From Escherichia coli (lineage in GTDB: Bacteria; Pseudomonadota; Gammaproteobacteria; Enterobacterales; Enterobacteriaceae), in the NCBI RefSeq assembly GCF_013122565.1, contig NZ_CP053258.1: a stretch of 64,000 nucleotides of DNA. One strand, written 5' to 3'. Position numbers and translations under genes: made by a program. Below the pieces are notes generated by a model, which saw only the letters and a program-made list of their open reading frames with translations, had not been told where the DNA came from and did no database searches. Of the stretch, positions 1 to 9,183 are shown piece after piece; the stretch's first letter is position 1; each line of letters starts with the position of its first letter.

Positions 1-2142
1 TCACTGGATGAAGCGGTTCATGGTGGACAATATCAGTGGGATATCAGTGAACACCGACTAAATTTAACAGTACCACAGGCGTATATCAATGAACTTGAAA
101 GAGGCTACGTTCCCCCAGAAAGTTGGGATCGCGGCATTGATGCTTTTTATACCTCCTATAATTTAAGTCAGTATCGCTCTTATGACAGCAATAATAACAG
201 TAATACAGCCAGTTATGGCCGGTTTAACAGCGGATTAAATTTATTTAGTTGGCAGTTACACTCTGATGCCAGTTATAGCAAACCTGATGATATGAAAGGC
301 AAATGGCAAAGTAATACTCTTTACCTGGAACGTGGCTGGTCGCAGATATTAAGCACAGTTCAGATAGGAGAAAATTACACATCCTCATTCATATTCGACT
401 CTCTGCGATTTAGCGGAATACGCTTATTTCGCGATATGCAGATGCTACCTGATTCTATGCAAAGCTTTACACCTTTAGTACAAGGTGTTGCGCAAAGTAA
501 TGCCTTGATAACGGTTTCGCAAAATGGCTATACCATTTACCAAAAAGAGGTTCCCCCGGGACCATTTACTATCGCAGATTTGCAACTTTCGGGCAGCGGC
601 TCTGATCTCGATGTCAGCATAAAGGAAGCAGATGGTAGTGTTCGTTCCTTTTTGGTGCCCTACTCTTCCGTGCCCAATATGCTGCAACCTGGTGTTTCAA
701 ATTTCGATTTTATCGCCGGACGCAGTAAGATATATGGTGTAAAGAATCAGGAGGACTTTCTCGAGGCAAATTATATATATGGCCTCAACAATCTTTTGAC
801 ACTTTATGGCGGTACGATTTTATCCGATAACTATAATGCTATAACTCTGGGAAATGGTTGGAATACACCGCTGGGTGCCATCTCTTTTGACGCTACCCGA
901 TCGAGTAGTAAGTTAAATAATGATACCAGACACGAAGGTACGAGCTATCAGGTTGCCTATAATAAATATCTATTGCAAACGGCTACTCACTTTAGCGTGG
1001 CCGCCTGGCGTTATGCTTCGCAGGATTACAGGACATTCAGCGACCATCTTTACGAAAATGATAAAATAAATCTTCAGAGTGACTATGACGATTTTTATGA
1101 TATTGGCAGAAAAAATAGCCTTTCTGCCAATATCATGCAACCTTTATCCAATAATCTGGGAAATGTATCATTAAGTGCGCTTTGGCGGAATTACTGGGGG
1201 CGAAGTGGAAATGCTAAAGATTACCAATTCAGTTATTCCAATAGCTGGCAACGCATCAGTTATACTTTCTCTGCCAGCCAATCCTATGATGAAAACGACA
1301 AAGAAGAGGAGCGTTTTAATCTGTTTATCTCCATTCCTTTCTACTGGGGGGATGATATTGCCAAAACACGTCACCAAATTAACTTATCGAATTCGACCTC
1401 ATTTTCCAAAGATGGCTATTCCTCCAACAATACTGGAATTACTGGCATAGCCGGTGAACATGATCAGTTAAATTATGGTATATATGTTAATCAGCAACAA
1501 CAAAATAATGATACATCGCTTGGTACGAATTTAAGTTGGAGAACTCCCATCGCCACAATAGATGGCAGCTATAGCCATTCTAAAAACGCCTGGCAAAGTG
1601 GTGGAAGTATTAGTAGTGGATTAGTTGTCTGGCCCGGTGGTATAAATATAACTAACCAGTTATCCGATACATTTGCAATTCTGGATGCGCCTGGGTTAGA
1701 AGGCGCGCATATTAATGGACAAAAATACAACCGAACAAACAGCAAAGGCCAAGTTGTTTACGACCTGATGATACCTCATCGTGAAAACCATCTGGTACTT
1801 GATATAGCAAACAGTGAAAGTGAAACAGAATTGCAGGGCAATCGTCAAATTATTGCGCCTTACCGTGGAGCAGTTTCTTATGTGCAGTTTACAACTGACC
1901 AACGTAAGCCCTGGTATATACAGGCACTGCGTCCCGATGGTTCGCCATTAACCTTTGGCTATGACGTACTGGATCTCCAGGAAAACAATATTGGAGTCGT
2001 TGGTCAGGGTAGTCGCCTTTTTATTCGCGTAGATGAAATTCCCACTGGCATAAAAGTTGCTCTCAATGATGAACAGAACTTATTCTGTACTATTACTTTT
2101 CAACACGTTATCGATGAAAACAAAACATATATATGCCAGTAA
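1..2142 (+). CDS. Chaperone-usher fimbrial outer-membrane usher, C-terminal 713 codons (5' end lies off-window)
   Basis: Frame 1 is open from base 1 (no stop before the Met at 292 used by the ORF track) to the stop at 2140-2142. The product is beta-rich and N/S/Y/G-rich like an usher (..LNLTVPQAYINELERGYVPPESWD..). A fimbrial-subunit-like gene follows 12 nt later. The region is visibly AT-rich compared with nhaR. Confidence 0.85.
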   Translation, partial: SLDEAVHGGQYQWDISEHRLNLTVPQAYINELERGYVPPESWDRGIDAFYTSYNLSQYRSYDSNNNSNTASYGRFNSGLNLFSWQLHSDASYSKPDDMKGKWQSNTLYLERGWSQILSTVQIGENYTSSFIFDSLRFSGIRLFRDMQMLPDSMQSFTPLVQGVAQSNALITVSQNGYTIYQKEVPPGPFTIADLQLSGSGSDLDVSIKEADGSVRSFLVPYSSVPNMLQPGVSNFDFIAGRSKIYGVKNQEDFLEANYIYGLNNLLTLYGGTILSDNYNAITLGNGWNTPLGAISFDATRSSSKLNNDTRHEGTSYQVAYNKYLLQTATHFSVAAWRYASQDYRTFSDHLYENDKINLQSDYDDFYDIGRKNSLSANIMQPLSNNLGNVSLSALWRNYWGRSGNAKDYQFSYSNSWQRISYTFSASQSYDENDKEEERFNLFISIPFYWGDDIAKTRHQINLSNSTSFSKDGYSSNNTGITGIAGEHDQLNYGIYVNQQQQNNDTSLGTNLSWRTPIATIDGSYSHSKNAWQSGGSISSGLVVWPGGINITNQLSDTFAILDAPGLEGAHINGQKYNRTNSKGQVVYDLMIPHRENHLVLDIANSESETELQGNRQIIAPYRGAVSYVQFTTDQRKPWYIQALRPDGSPLTFGYDVLDLQENNIGVVGQGSRLFIRVDEIPTGIKVALNDEQNLFCTITFQHVIDENKTYICQ

Positions 2143-2154
2143 AAGGAGTTTACT

Positions 2155-3114
2155 ATGAAGTGGCTTTTATTAATCACCTTGAGTCTATATTCTTTTATTG
2201 TGCAAAGTGCTCCCTGTGCATTGACCAATGTCGGTGAACAACGTGGAACATATATACTCAAGCCACTAAGTATGAAAGGTAATCTAACCGCCGAAAAAAT
2301 TGAAAACACCGGGAATATCATTGAGTGTGCAGACTTGCAAGAGACGACCAACGCCATTAAAGTTCATTTCTTAACACAGAACGCTTTAAGGTTTAAAGTC
2401 GGAAGTCGTCATTATATTATTAATTTCCCATTTGAATCTGACGGTAAAAAAATAGAGCTTCCAGGGAAGGCATCTTATAATTTAGAAGAGATGCTATCTG
2501 CGATAAATTTTACCATTCCATATTCTATCGCATCTGTACAAGATAGTTCTAACACCGCAGACATTTTTCCAGGAACTCCTTTTCCTTTGTTGTTCGAAAT
2601 TGAAGTGAGTTCATGTACAGGGAATAATACTAATTGTAATAGTGTCCGTTTTCATTTTAATTTAAATACAATTTTACAGGTAAATTTAATGACCTGTGGT
2701 TTTGAAGATCAATCCATCGACACTGGCCGATTTATACTGTCTCGTATCAATAATGAAAATTATCAGTTTCATCATATAAGATTTGACTGCATCCAGGGCG
2801 AGCAAGGTGAATTAGTTTTTGAACCCAGTGACGTTGAATATTACTTCGAACCAGTGACGATACAGGAGTCAGGAACCAGCATATTAAAAAATGAGTTAGA
2901 AAACAGTGAGGACGGTGCGGGGCAAGTAGGCTTTCAACTCTCCTATGATGGTACGAATGAAATCCAGTATGGTAAAAGCAATTACTACTCTTTTCAGCAT
3001 CCCCATGAAGGAAGTAATCAGATTCCTCTATTTATTCGCCCGCGTACATATGGAAACAATGTATCAAGCGGGCAAATAATGAGCCGAGTCAAAATCGTGG
3101 TAATGTACAACTAA
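2155..3114 (+). CDS. Putative fimbrial tip adhesin / minor subunit (319 aa, signal peptide)
   Basis: AAGGAG Shine-Dalgarno 7 nt upstream. N-terminal signal peptide MKWLLLITLSLYSFIVQSA. C-terminal pilin-like beta strand ..SRVKIVVMYN. Its length suggests two domains, and it is the last gene after the usher. Confidence 0.6.
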   Translation: MKWLLLITLSLYSFIVQSAPCALTNVGEQRGTYILKPLSMKGNLTAEKIENTGNIIECADLQETTNAIKVHFLTQNALRFKVGSRHYIINFPFESDGKKIELPGKASYNLEEMLSAINFTIPYSIASVQDSSNTADIFPGTPFPLLFEIEVSSCTGNNTNCNSVRFHFNLNTILQVNLMTCGFEDQSIDTGRFILSRINNENYQFHHIRFDCIQGEQGELVFEPSDVEYYFEPVTIQESGTSILKNELENSEDGAGQVGFQLSYDGTNEIQYGKSNYYSFQHPHEGSNQIPLFIRPRTYGNNVSSGQIMSRVKIVVMYN

Positions 3115-3119
3115 TCTTT

Positions 3120-3144
3120 CTCCCCCACCTTAACTTTGGGGGAG
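3120..3144. terminator. Hairpin between the convergent adhesin gene and nhaR (possible bidirectional terminator)
   Basis: 8-bp stem CTCCCCCA (3120-3127) / TGGGGGAG (3137-3144) with a 9-nt loop. There is no clear U-tract on either strand. Confidence 0.35.
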
Positions 3145-3151
3145 CTGCCGA

Positions 3152-4057
3152 TTAACGTGCCACTGGACTAAAAAGCGCAGAATAATCTGTATTGCAGATT
3201 CGCTGTACCGCCGGGTGCTGAATCATCCGCTCAGCAAAAATAGCATGGTACTCTTCCATCACATTCTCGACGCGGCCAATTTCTACGACAGTTTTATCGG
3301 CATAAAAGTCATATGCATAAAGCGTTGGAGCAACGAAGATTGCATTGTGCATCGCACCAAAAGCTTTCATCAACGCGGCATCATCAAACTCACCAAGGAT
3401 TTCTACGTTTAATCCCTGGGAGTTAAACCAGTTAAGCAATTTGCGCCCTAACATTGAACGTCGCCCAGGAATCAAAAGCCGCCGTTCTTCCAGACAAGCC
3501 GGGAACGGTTTTTCCGGTGGTGGATTTGTACACCAGAAACTCACGCCACATTCGCCAATTCTCACGGAGAACAGACCTTCCTGCTGCGTAGAATCTATCG
3601 GACAGTCGGAAATGATCATATCCAGTTTATGCTGACTTAATTGCTCCAGCAGCATTTCGTGGGTGGATTCGAAGCAGCGAAGATGAATCGGCTCGCCTTC
3701 TACCACTGCGGCGTTAAGTACGCTACTGACCAGGCGTTTGGAAAGTGCATCAGCCACGCCAACGTCAAACAATAAATTGGATTCTTTGCGATAGTTCACG
3801 ATATCCAGCATTTCCTGGCTTAAGGTGAACATTTTATCGGCATAGCGATAGACCAGCTCTCCCAGCTCGCTGGGTTCGAGGCCACGTCCCTTGCGCTTAA
3901 ATAATTTGCCTTGCAGGCGCTCTTCCAGAGCCCGGATCTGTCCGGTAATGGTTTGTGGTGTTAAATAAAGCGCCTCCGCTGCGCCAACCACGGAACCTTC
4001 TTTATAAACATGCCAGAAGTAATACAGGTGGTTGTAATTGATATGAGACATGCTCAT
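3152..4057 (-). CDS. nhaR: LysR-family activator of nhaA
   Basis: The ORF-track protein from [22 protein letters not shown].. gives 301 aa, matching E. coli NhaR as I recall it. It lies immediately downstream of nhaA. Confidence 0.97.
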   Translation of the reverse strand: MSMSHINYNHLYYFWHVYKEGSVVGAAEALYLTPQTITGQIRALEERLQGKLFKRKGRGLEPSELGELVYRYADKMFTLSQEMLDIVNYRKESNLLFDVGVADALSKRLVSSVLNAAVVEGEPIHLRCFESTHEMLLEQLSQHKLDMIISDCPIDSTQQEGLFSVRIGECGVSFWCTNPPPEKPFPACLEERRLLIPGRRSMLGRKLLNWFNSQGLNVEILGEFDDAALMKAFGAMHNAIFVAPTLYAYDFYADKTVVEIGRVENVMEEYHAIFAERMIQHPAVQRICNTDYSALFSPVAR

Positions 4058-4070
4058 TTCTCTCCCTGAT

Positions 4071-4102
4071 AACAATGAAAAGGGAGCCGTTTATGGCTCC
4101 CC
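4071..4102 (-). terminator. nhaA-nhaR intercistronic hairpin / partial terminator
   Basis: On the minus strand, GGGAGCC-ataaac-GGCTCCC is followed by TTTTCATTGTT. The stems are at 4082-4088 and 4095-4101. Confidence 0.55.
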
Positions 4103-4116
4103 GGTAAACCGTCCTG

Positions 4117-5283
4117 TCACACTGATGGACGCAAACGAACGCGTAACCAGCTGTATCCAATTACCGCCGAAGAGATAGAACCGACCAGGATACCGAGTTT
4201 CGCCCAGTTAATCAGTTCTGGATCTACGCTACCAAAGGCCAGGCTGGCAATAAAGATAGACATAGTAAAACCGATACCGCACAGGATCCCCACCGCCATA
4301 ATTTGCTGATAAGTCGTTCCCTCAGGCAGATGCGCCAGTTTCAAACGCAGCGCCAACCAGCAGAACAGACTAATCCCCAGCGGTTTGCCAATCAGCAAGC
4401 CAGCGATGATCCCCAATGGCAGAATGGAGGTCAAGCCATCCAGCGTGACGCCTTGCAGTGAAACGCCAGCATTAGCAAATGCAAACAGTGGTAAAATCAG
4501 ATACGCCACCCACGGGTGCAACACATGCTCCAGTCGCTTCGCTGGAGAACGCCCATGCTTCTCTTTCAAAGGAATAAAGAAGCCGACAATTACCCCCGCC
4601 AGGGTTGCGTGAACCCCCGATTTCAACACTGCAGTCCACAACACTACGCCAACCAGAATATAGACGCCCGTGCGGCGTACACCACACAGATTCAATACCG
4701 CGAGTACCGCAATTGCTACAGCCGCGACGCCAAGAGAGGCCATCGATAAGTCATTAGTGTAGAACAATGCGATGATAATGATGGCCCCAAGATCGTCGAT
4801 AATAGCCAGAGCCATCAAAAAGATCTTCAGCGCTAACGGAACACGACTTCCCAATAGCGCCAGCACACCAAGTGCAAAGGCAATGTCAGTCGCCGCCGGG
4901 ATCGCCCACCCTTCGCGGGTAATCGGATCGGCATAGTTAAAGGCCAGATAGAGTAATGCCGGCACAATCATCCCACCAATAGCGGCGATAACTGGAAATG
5001 CAGCCTGGCGTAAGCTGGCTAGCGATCCTTGCATCAGTTCACGTTTAACTTCCAGACCGACTAACAGGAAAAATACCGCCATCAGCGCGTCATTTATCCA
5101 TAACAGCATGTTTTTGTTGATTTCGAGTGAACCAACCCGGAGCTGAACCGGCGTCTCCAGAAAGTCGTGATACCATCCACTGGTTGCGCCACTGTTGGCC
5201 ATAATCATCGCCAGGATAGCGGCAATGATAAGAATAATGCCTCCCGAGGCATCACTGCTAAAGAATCGATGCAGATGTTTCAC
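4117..5283 (-). CDS. nhaA: Na+/H+ antiporter
   Basis: 388 aa, polytopic membrane protein [22 protein letters not shown].., recognised as E. coli NhaA. Confidence 0.97.
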   Translation of the reverse strand: MKHLHRFFSSDASGGIILIIAAILAMIMANSGATSGWYHDFLETPVQLRVGSLEINKNMLLWINDALMAVFFLLVGLEVKRELMQGSLASLRQAAFPVIAAIGGMIVPALLYLAFNYADPITREGWAIPAATDIAFALGVLALLGSRVPLALKIFLMALAIIDDLGAIIIIALFYTNDLSMASLGVAAVAIAVLAVLNLCGVRRTGVYILVGVVLWTAVLKSGVHATLAGVIVGFFIPLKEKHGRSPAKRLEHVLHPWVAYLILPLFAFANAGVSLQGVTLDGLTSILPLGIIAGLLIGKPLGISLFCWLALRLKLAHLPEGTTYQQIMAVGILCGIGFTMSIFIASLAFGSVDPELINWAKLGILVGSISSAVIGYSWLRVRLRPSV

Positions 5284-5534
5284 TTTTTATTTCTCTTTCA
5301 GGTGAATAGATCGTTTTTCCTATCTTACCCCGCACGAATCATCGTTAAAATCAGATTATAGTGTAGGAATAATTCGTTTTTTACGAACCATTGAAGGAAT
5401 TGTGCCATCAGCGATGAGATGAGTTTTTGACGGCTGTAAGCGCTAACGGGTGACCCTAAGCCCTGATAATCATAGCTTAAGGTGAGGATTTCTGAGGGAT
5501 TAATTAGGAAAAGTAATAATAAAATCGCACTGTG

Positions 5535-6779
5535 CTATAGCTGTTTATTCCAGAGATGCTTGAAAATATCTAATGTGGAGACAACATTGGCAGGCGACAT
5601 TCGGTTTAATGAGGATAGAAAGGGATGAGACTCCAGGAAGTTGATAAAACGAGTCGCGCTTGCTAACGTCGAATACCGCAATTCATTTGCTTTCTTGTTT
5701 CCTGTAAGGTTACAAACAGCCATTGAATAATCACGGGCGGAAAATGCACGCCAAACATTATTTCTCACGCCACCACTCAAAAACAACCGCGGCGGCGTAT
5801 CATAATGAGTCGTTTTCTCGCCGCGTTCTTTCACAAAGGAAATATGGCACCGGCCTTGATGAATATGCTGTAAATTAGCCATTAGACAACCGCCTAATAT
5901 AAAGCACTCGTGATCAAGGTAGTGTTGAATATTTATAGAATATGCTTCAGTCAGTACTCTAACCAGTTCAAAATGGCGATACGCCGGAAGAACCGGTTTC
6001 ACCAGCATCCCCGGATCGTTTTGATGTAATATCGCCCGACCATAATCAATATCAAATAAAGTATCACGTCGCATAGTAAGTAACTCCTTGCGTTGTACGT
6101 GATGCGCCAGTGTACCTGGAGACAAACGCTCTTCATAACTTGATGCATATTGATAATGCGACTCTACCGCTGATGGAGAATAATTTGTTGAAATAGCGAC
6201 GACTCTACCGCTTTGTTCTTCTGCGGTAACAAGGCTATAAAGATAGTTATTACTACCGTTAAACTTTACGCGAAAAGCGCGGGTAGATAGAGAAATATCA
6301 GAAGCAGAAGAGTATTGGTAACTTTCTTTATAGTTTACTTCCCGGGCTAGTTTCATCAATTCACGGTTAAGCCCTGTGCTATTAAGAAGTAATAATTTAC
6401 GGATATCAGCAAGTGAAGCGCCTTGCTCAATCATCAATGCTAAATGTGTTCTTCGCGGCGTTGTATTTACATGATCCAGAGTTATAAAAGTTCTGGAACA
6501 ATGATGACAATACATTCTCCTCTGCCCCTGAGCTGAATAGCCATACTTTTTCATAGATGTGCTTCCGCAAGCTGGACATTGTGAAACCAACCCTCGCCAT
6601 GAATGATTAACACGATTACGATAAATATTAAGAGATCGTTCAGATATCACAGGAAACAAGTACCCGCATTCCCGACATAAAATATTTTTGCCTTGTACAA
6701 TATAATCCTGACTATTCAACAACCCCAAGTTTCTACATCCTGGTGTTTTGCAACAATCAACATTTACGTTGGTAAACAT
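5535..6779 (-). CDS. Uncharacterised protein: two C4 zinc ribbons plus an HTH resembling IS1 InsA, fused to an unknown domain of about 270 aa
   Basis: The ORF track gives 426 aa from 6815. I prefer the ATG at 6779 (MFTNVNVDCC..), which has an AGGAAG SD 6 nt upstream, whereas 6815 abuts a terminator. Motifs present: CCKTPGC..CRECG and CPACGS..(19)..CHHCSRTF, then an HTH-like GASLADIRKLLLLNSTGLNRELMKL. Confidence 0.7.
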   Translation of the reverse strand: MFTNVNVDCCKTPGCRNLGLLNSQDYIVQGKNILCRECGYLFPVISERSLNIYRNRVNHSWRGLVSQCPACGSTSMKKYGYSAQGQRRMYCHHCSRTFITLDHVNTTPRRTHLALMIEQGASLADIRKLLLLNSTGLNRELMKLAREVNYKESYQYSSASDISLSTRAFRVKFNGSNNYLYSLVTAEEQSGRVVAISTNYSPSAVESHYQYASSYEERLSPGTLAHHVQRKELLTMRRDTLFDIDYGRAILHQNDPGMLVKPVLPAYRHFELVRVLTEAYSINIQHYLDHECFILGGCLMANLQHIHQGRCHISFVKERGEKTTHYDTPPRLFLSGGVRNNVWRAFSARDYSMAVCNLTGNKKANELRYSTLASATRFINFLESHPFLSSLNRMSPANVVSTLDIFKHLWNKQL

Positions 6780-6817
6780 ATCCACTTCCTGCGAATATCC
6801 GGATATTATCGTCATAT

Positions 6818-6860
6818 GTCAAAGAAAAGAACCTGATTCAATGTGTAACATTGAATCAGG
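6818..6860 (-). terminator. Rho-independent terminator after the sulfatase gene
   Basis: Perfect 12-bp stem CCTGATTCAATG (6832-6843) / CATTGAATCAGG (6849-6860) with a 5-nt loop. On the minus strand it is followed by TTCTTTTCTTTGA. Confidence 0.8.
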
Positions 6861-6908
6861 CGGGCATAGCCCTGAAAGGCATACATTACATTTATTATGG
6901 TTACCAGG

Positions 6909-8402
6909 TTAGCCCCAGGTTACCGCTTCCGGTTTATCACCTCTGGCTTTCATTAATGAATCATTATCTATATCGGTTTTATATTTTAAGAACTTACCAT
7001 ACATTTGTTTTTCAATGTCTGGTTTTTTACCTATCTGGTTAATGGTCTCAAAACGATCGGTTTTGAGGTTATATAGATACTTGGGCTTATTGTTACGATC
7101 GATGATCATTTTCCAGTCACCATCACGTATCGCCCATTCGTCGGTTGGATCATCCTGGAATGGCATGTCAATTCCGAATATTAATGGCTTTTCACGTTTT
7201 AGCGCTTTGTTCTCAAGGACAGGAACCAACGATTCGCCATCAAAAGTGCGGTCTGTCGGTAATTTGAAGTTCATCATTTTCGCCAGCGTAGGCATCCAGT
7301 CCAGCCCATAAACTGGTGTATCTGAAACCATTCCCTTTGGAAGATGTTTACCGTATTTAATAATTGCCGGAACACGGATGCCGCCTTCCCAAAGATTATC
7401 CTTGCGACCACGTAATCCATCAGTTTCCCCTGCCAAATTCAGTTCATAAACTTTGCGCGCTTCACGCGTTACTGGTCCGTTATCACTGGTAAAAATAACA
7501 ATGGTGTTATCTTCTTCACCCATCGCTTTGATTTTATCCAGCACTTTTCCAACCTGAGCATCCAGATAACTGATGTTGGCATAATATTCTCCTGGACCAC
7601 GCCAGGGTTTATCCGCCCAGTCGCCATAAAATAAATCAGGATGCTGCTTCTGATATTCGCTCATATATTGTGAGTACATGTCGAGGTATTTTTTGGGCGA
7701 AGCCAGGGGACTGTGCACTTCGGTAAAAGCGACATAAAGGAAGAAAGGCTTACTGTCCTTTTTGTTATCCAACCAGTTGACGACTTCCGAACTGACATAC
7801 TCACCACTCATTTTATCGGAACGTGGTGTGGGTTGCCCGTTACGCAACCAGCCCGTTGGATAGACCATGCCAAAACGGGGACGCTCCTTCGCATTATCCA
7901 GAGTAGCGTCGGTAACAAAACCCGCCGTATTAACCAGTGAGTAATCAAAGCCCATATCTTTTGCCTGCGGCTGATCGGTGCGATCGCCGCCTGCATTCAG
8001 ATGCAGCTTACCCATCATGGCCGTGTCGTACCCTTGCGCTTTGAGTAGATTAGCAATCGTGAGTTCATTACGCCCTAATGCCACATCTTTTCCCGTTGGG
8101 ATCCATGAGCGTATGCCGGTACGAAATGGCATCCGCCCTGTTAATAGTCCCGCCCGTGAAGGAGAACTTAAGGGGGCAGGTGCATAATAGTCAGTAAATT
8201 TGACGCCTTCCTGGGCAAGCCTGTCTATATTGGGCGTTTTAACGATCTGATGTCCATATGTTGCCAAATCACCATAGCCTAAATCATCCGCCATAATGAT
8301 GACTAAATTGGGTTGTTTAGTTTCGGCGGCTACGGCTGGATTAAAAGCATTCCCTGTCCAAACTGCAAGGCCGATCAAACTGGCCATTAATGTTTTCTGC
8401 AT
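6909..8402 (-). CDS. Periplasmic Ser-type sulfatase (497 aa)
   Basis: The start at MQKTLMASLIGLAVWTGNAFNPAVAAE (signal peptide) has an AAGGA SD 6 nt upstream. Sulfatase signatures are present: IIMADDLGYGD and the active-site box PLSSPSRAGLLTGR (Ser where Cys-type enzymes have Cys). Confidence 0.9.
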   Translation of the reverse strand: MQKTLMASLIGLAVWTGNAFNPAVAAETKQPNLVIIMADDLGYGDLATYGHQIVKTPNIDRLAQEGVKFTDYYAPAPLSSPSRAGLLTGRMPFRTGIRSWIPTGKDVALGRNELTIANLLKAQGYDTAMMGKLHLNAGGDRTDQPQAKDMGFDYSLVNTAGFVTDATLDNAKERPRFGMVYPTGWLRNGQPTPRSDKMSGEYVSSEVVNWLDNKKDSKPFFLYVAFTEVHSPLASPKKYLDMYSQYMSEYQKQHPDLFYGDWADKPWRGPGEYYANISYLDAQVGKVLDKIKAMGEEDNTIVIFTSDNGPVTREARKVYELNLAGETDGLRGRKDNLWEGGIRVPAIIKYGKHLPKGMVSDTPVYGLDWMPTLAKMMNFKLPTDRTFDGESLVPVLENKALKREKPLIFGIDMPFQDDPTDEWAIRDGDWKMIIDRNNKPKYLYNLKTDRFETINQIGKKPDIEKQMYGKFLKYKTDIDNDSLMKARGDKPEAVTWG

Positions 8403-8421
8403 AATTATTCCTTGATGAAAA

Positions 8422-9183
8422 TTAGAAATCATAACCAAGCATATAAATCATTTGATCGCCAAAACCATCGTAGCCTAACTTATTATCGAAATAACGCCAC
8501 GTCACACTGGCTTTCCAGCGAGGATAGAACTTCCAGGCAACTGTTAAACCGCCATTTAACCCATTCCGACCAAATTGTTGTTCCGCATAGGCATCATTTC
8601 TGTCCAGTTCTATTTCATTCCAGTTAGATAAAACAAATTTTTCGTCAAATAACGTAAAAGGTAATACTGCTGTCCAACCAACAACATAACCATTCCAGCC
8701 ATTTGTTTGACCATATTTGGCTGAGACGTAGTCTCCAGATTGATTATGTAATCCTATATACGGTTTAAAAAATCCCCACGAACCATTCCAGCCGAGGTAG
8801 CCCAAACCATAAAACATATCAAGATCGTCACCCCATGAGTTATCCCATTGACCATAAATCTTGCCAAAGAAAGTCATATCGGAGTCAAAGAGTCTGACAT
8901 GAGTCATAGCAGAAACGGTATGATTACGCCCCGCTACGGCATGGTTAAGCACATTGCTTTCATAAAATGAGTAAAACTCGGCTTCTTTAAAATTCACACC
9001 AAAGTCCGCAGTCACTTTCCATACTTCACCACGGTGAGTGTTAACGAAGCCACTATTCCAGTCAGCATAACCAGCATTTATTGAGCCAAAGGAACCTTTA
9101 TATTCTAATGAAGAATATGCAGGAAGATGATAGATAATCGTTGTCAGGGCACACGCAATAAGAAGCCGTCTTTTGGCAGACAT
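8422..9183 (-). CDS. Tsx-family (nucleoside-channel-like) outer-membrane beta-barrel, 253 aa
   Basis: Signal peptide present. The sequence is rich in W/Y/G/N, with alternating beta-strand patterns and a C-terminal ..MIYMLGYDF (compare Tsx ..YLVVGYNF). Its stop is 19 nt upstream of the sulfatase start. Confidence 0.75.
   Translation of the reverse strand: MSAKRRLLIACALTTIIYHLPAYSSLEYKGSFGSINAGYADWNSGFVNTHRGEVWKVTADFGVNFKEAEFYSFYESNVLNHAVAGRNHTVSAMTHVRLFDSDMTFFGKIYGQWDNSWGDDLDMFYGLGYLGWNGSWGFFKPYIGLHNQSGDYVSAKYGQTNGWNGYVVGWTAVLPFTLFDEKFVLSNWNEIELDRNDAYAEQQFGRNGLNGGLTVAWKFYPRWKASVTWRYFDNKLGYDGFGDQMIYMLGYDF

Noticed and set aside
5303-5311. Extra copies of the 9-mer TGAATAGAT upstream of nhaA (5303-5311) and just after thrC (20323-20331), which might link them to the HTH-associated repeat cluster at 44.4 kb.
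   Set aside because: About 0.5 copies of any 9-mer are expected by chance in 128 kb of two-strand sequence, and more in AT-rich spacers. The thrC-proximal copy is part of the native K-12 sequence as I recall it (..TAACATCTATTCATTATC..). Neither copy extends to the full 12-mer.
5459-6875. 8-bp direct repeat AGCCCTGA (5459-5466 and 6868-6875) flanking the InsA-like gene, a possible target-site duplication of an IS1-family insertion.
   Set aside because: Finding some shared 8-mer between two flanks of about 100 bp is expected with probability around 0.1 (about 93 x 93 / 65536). The sequences just inside the repeats show no inverted-repeat relationship. The evidence is insufficient, though it is worth a formal IR/TSD search.
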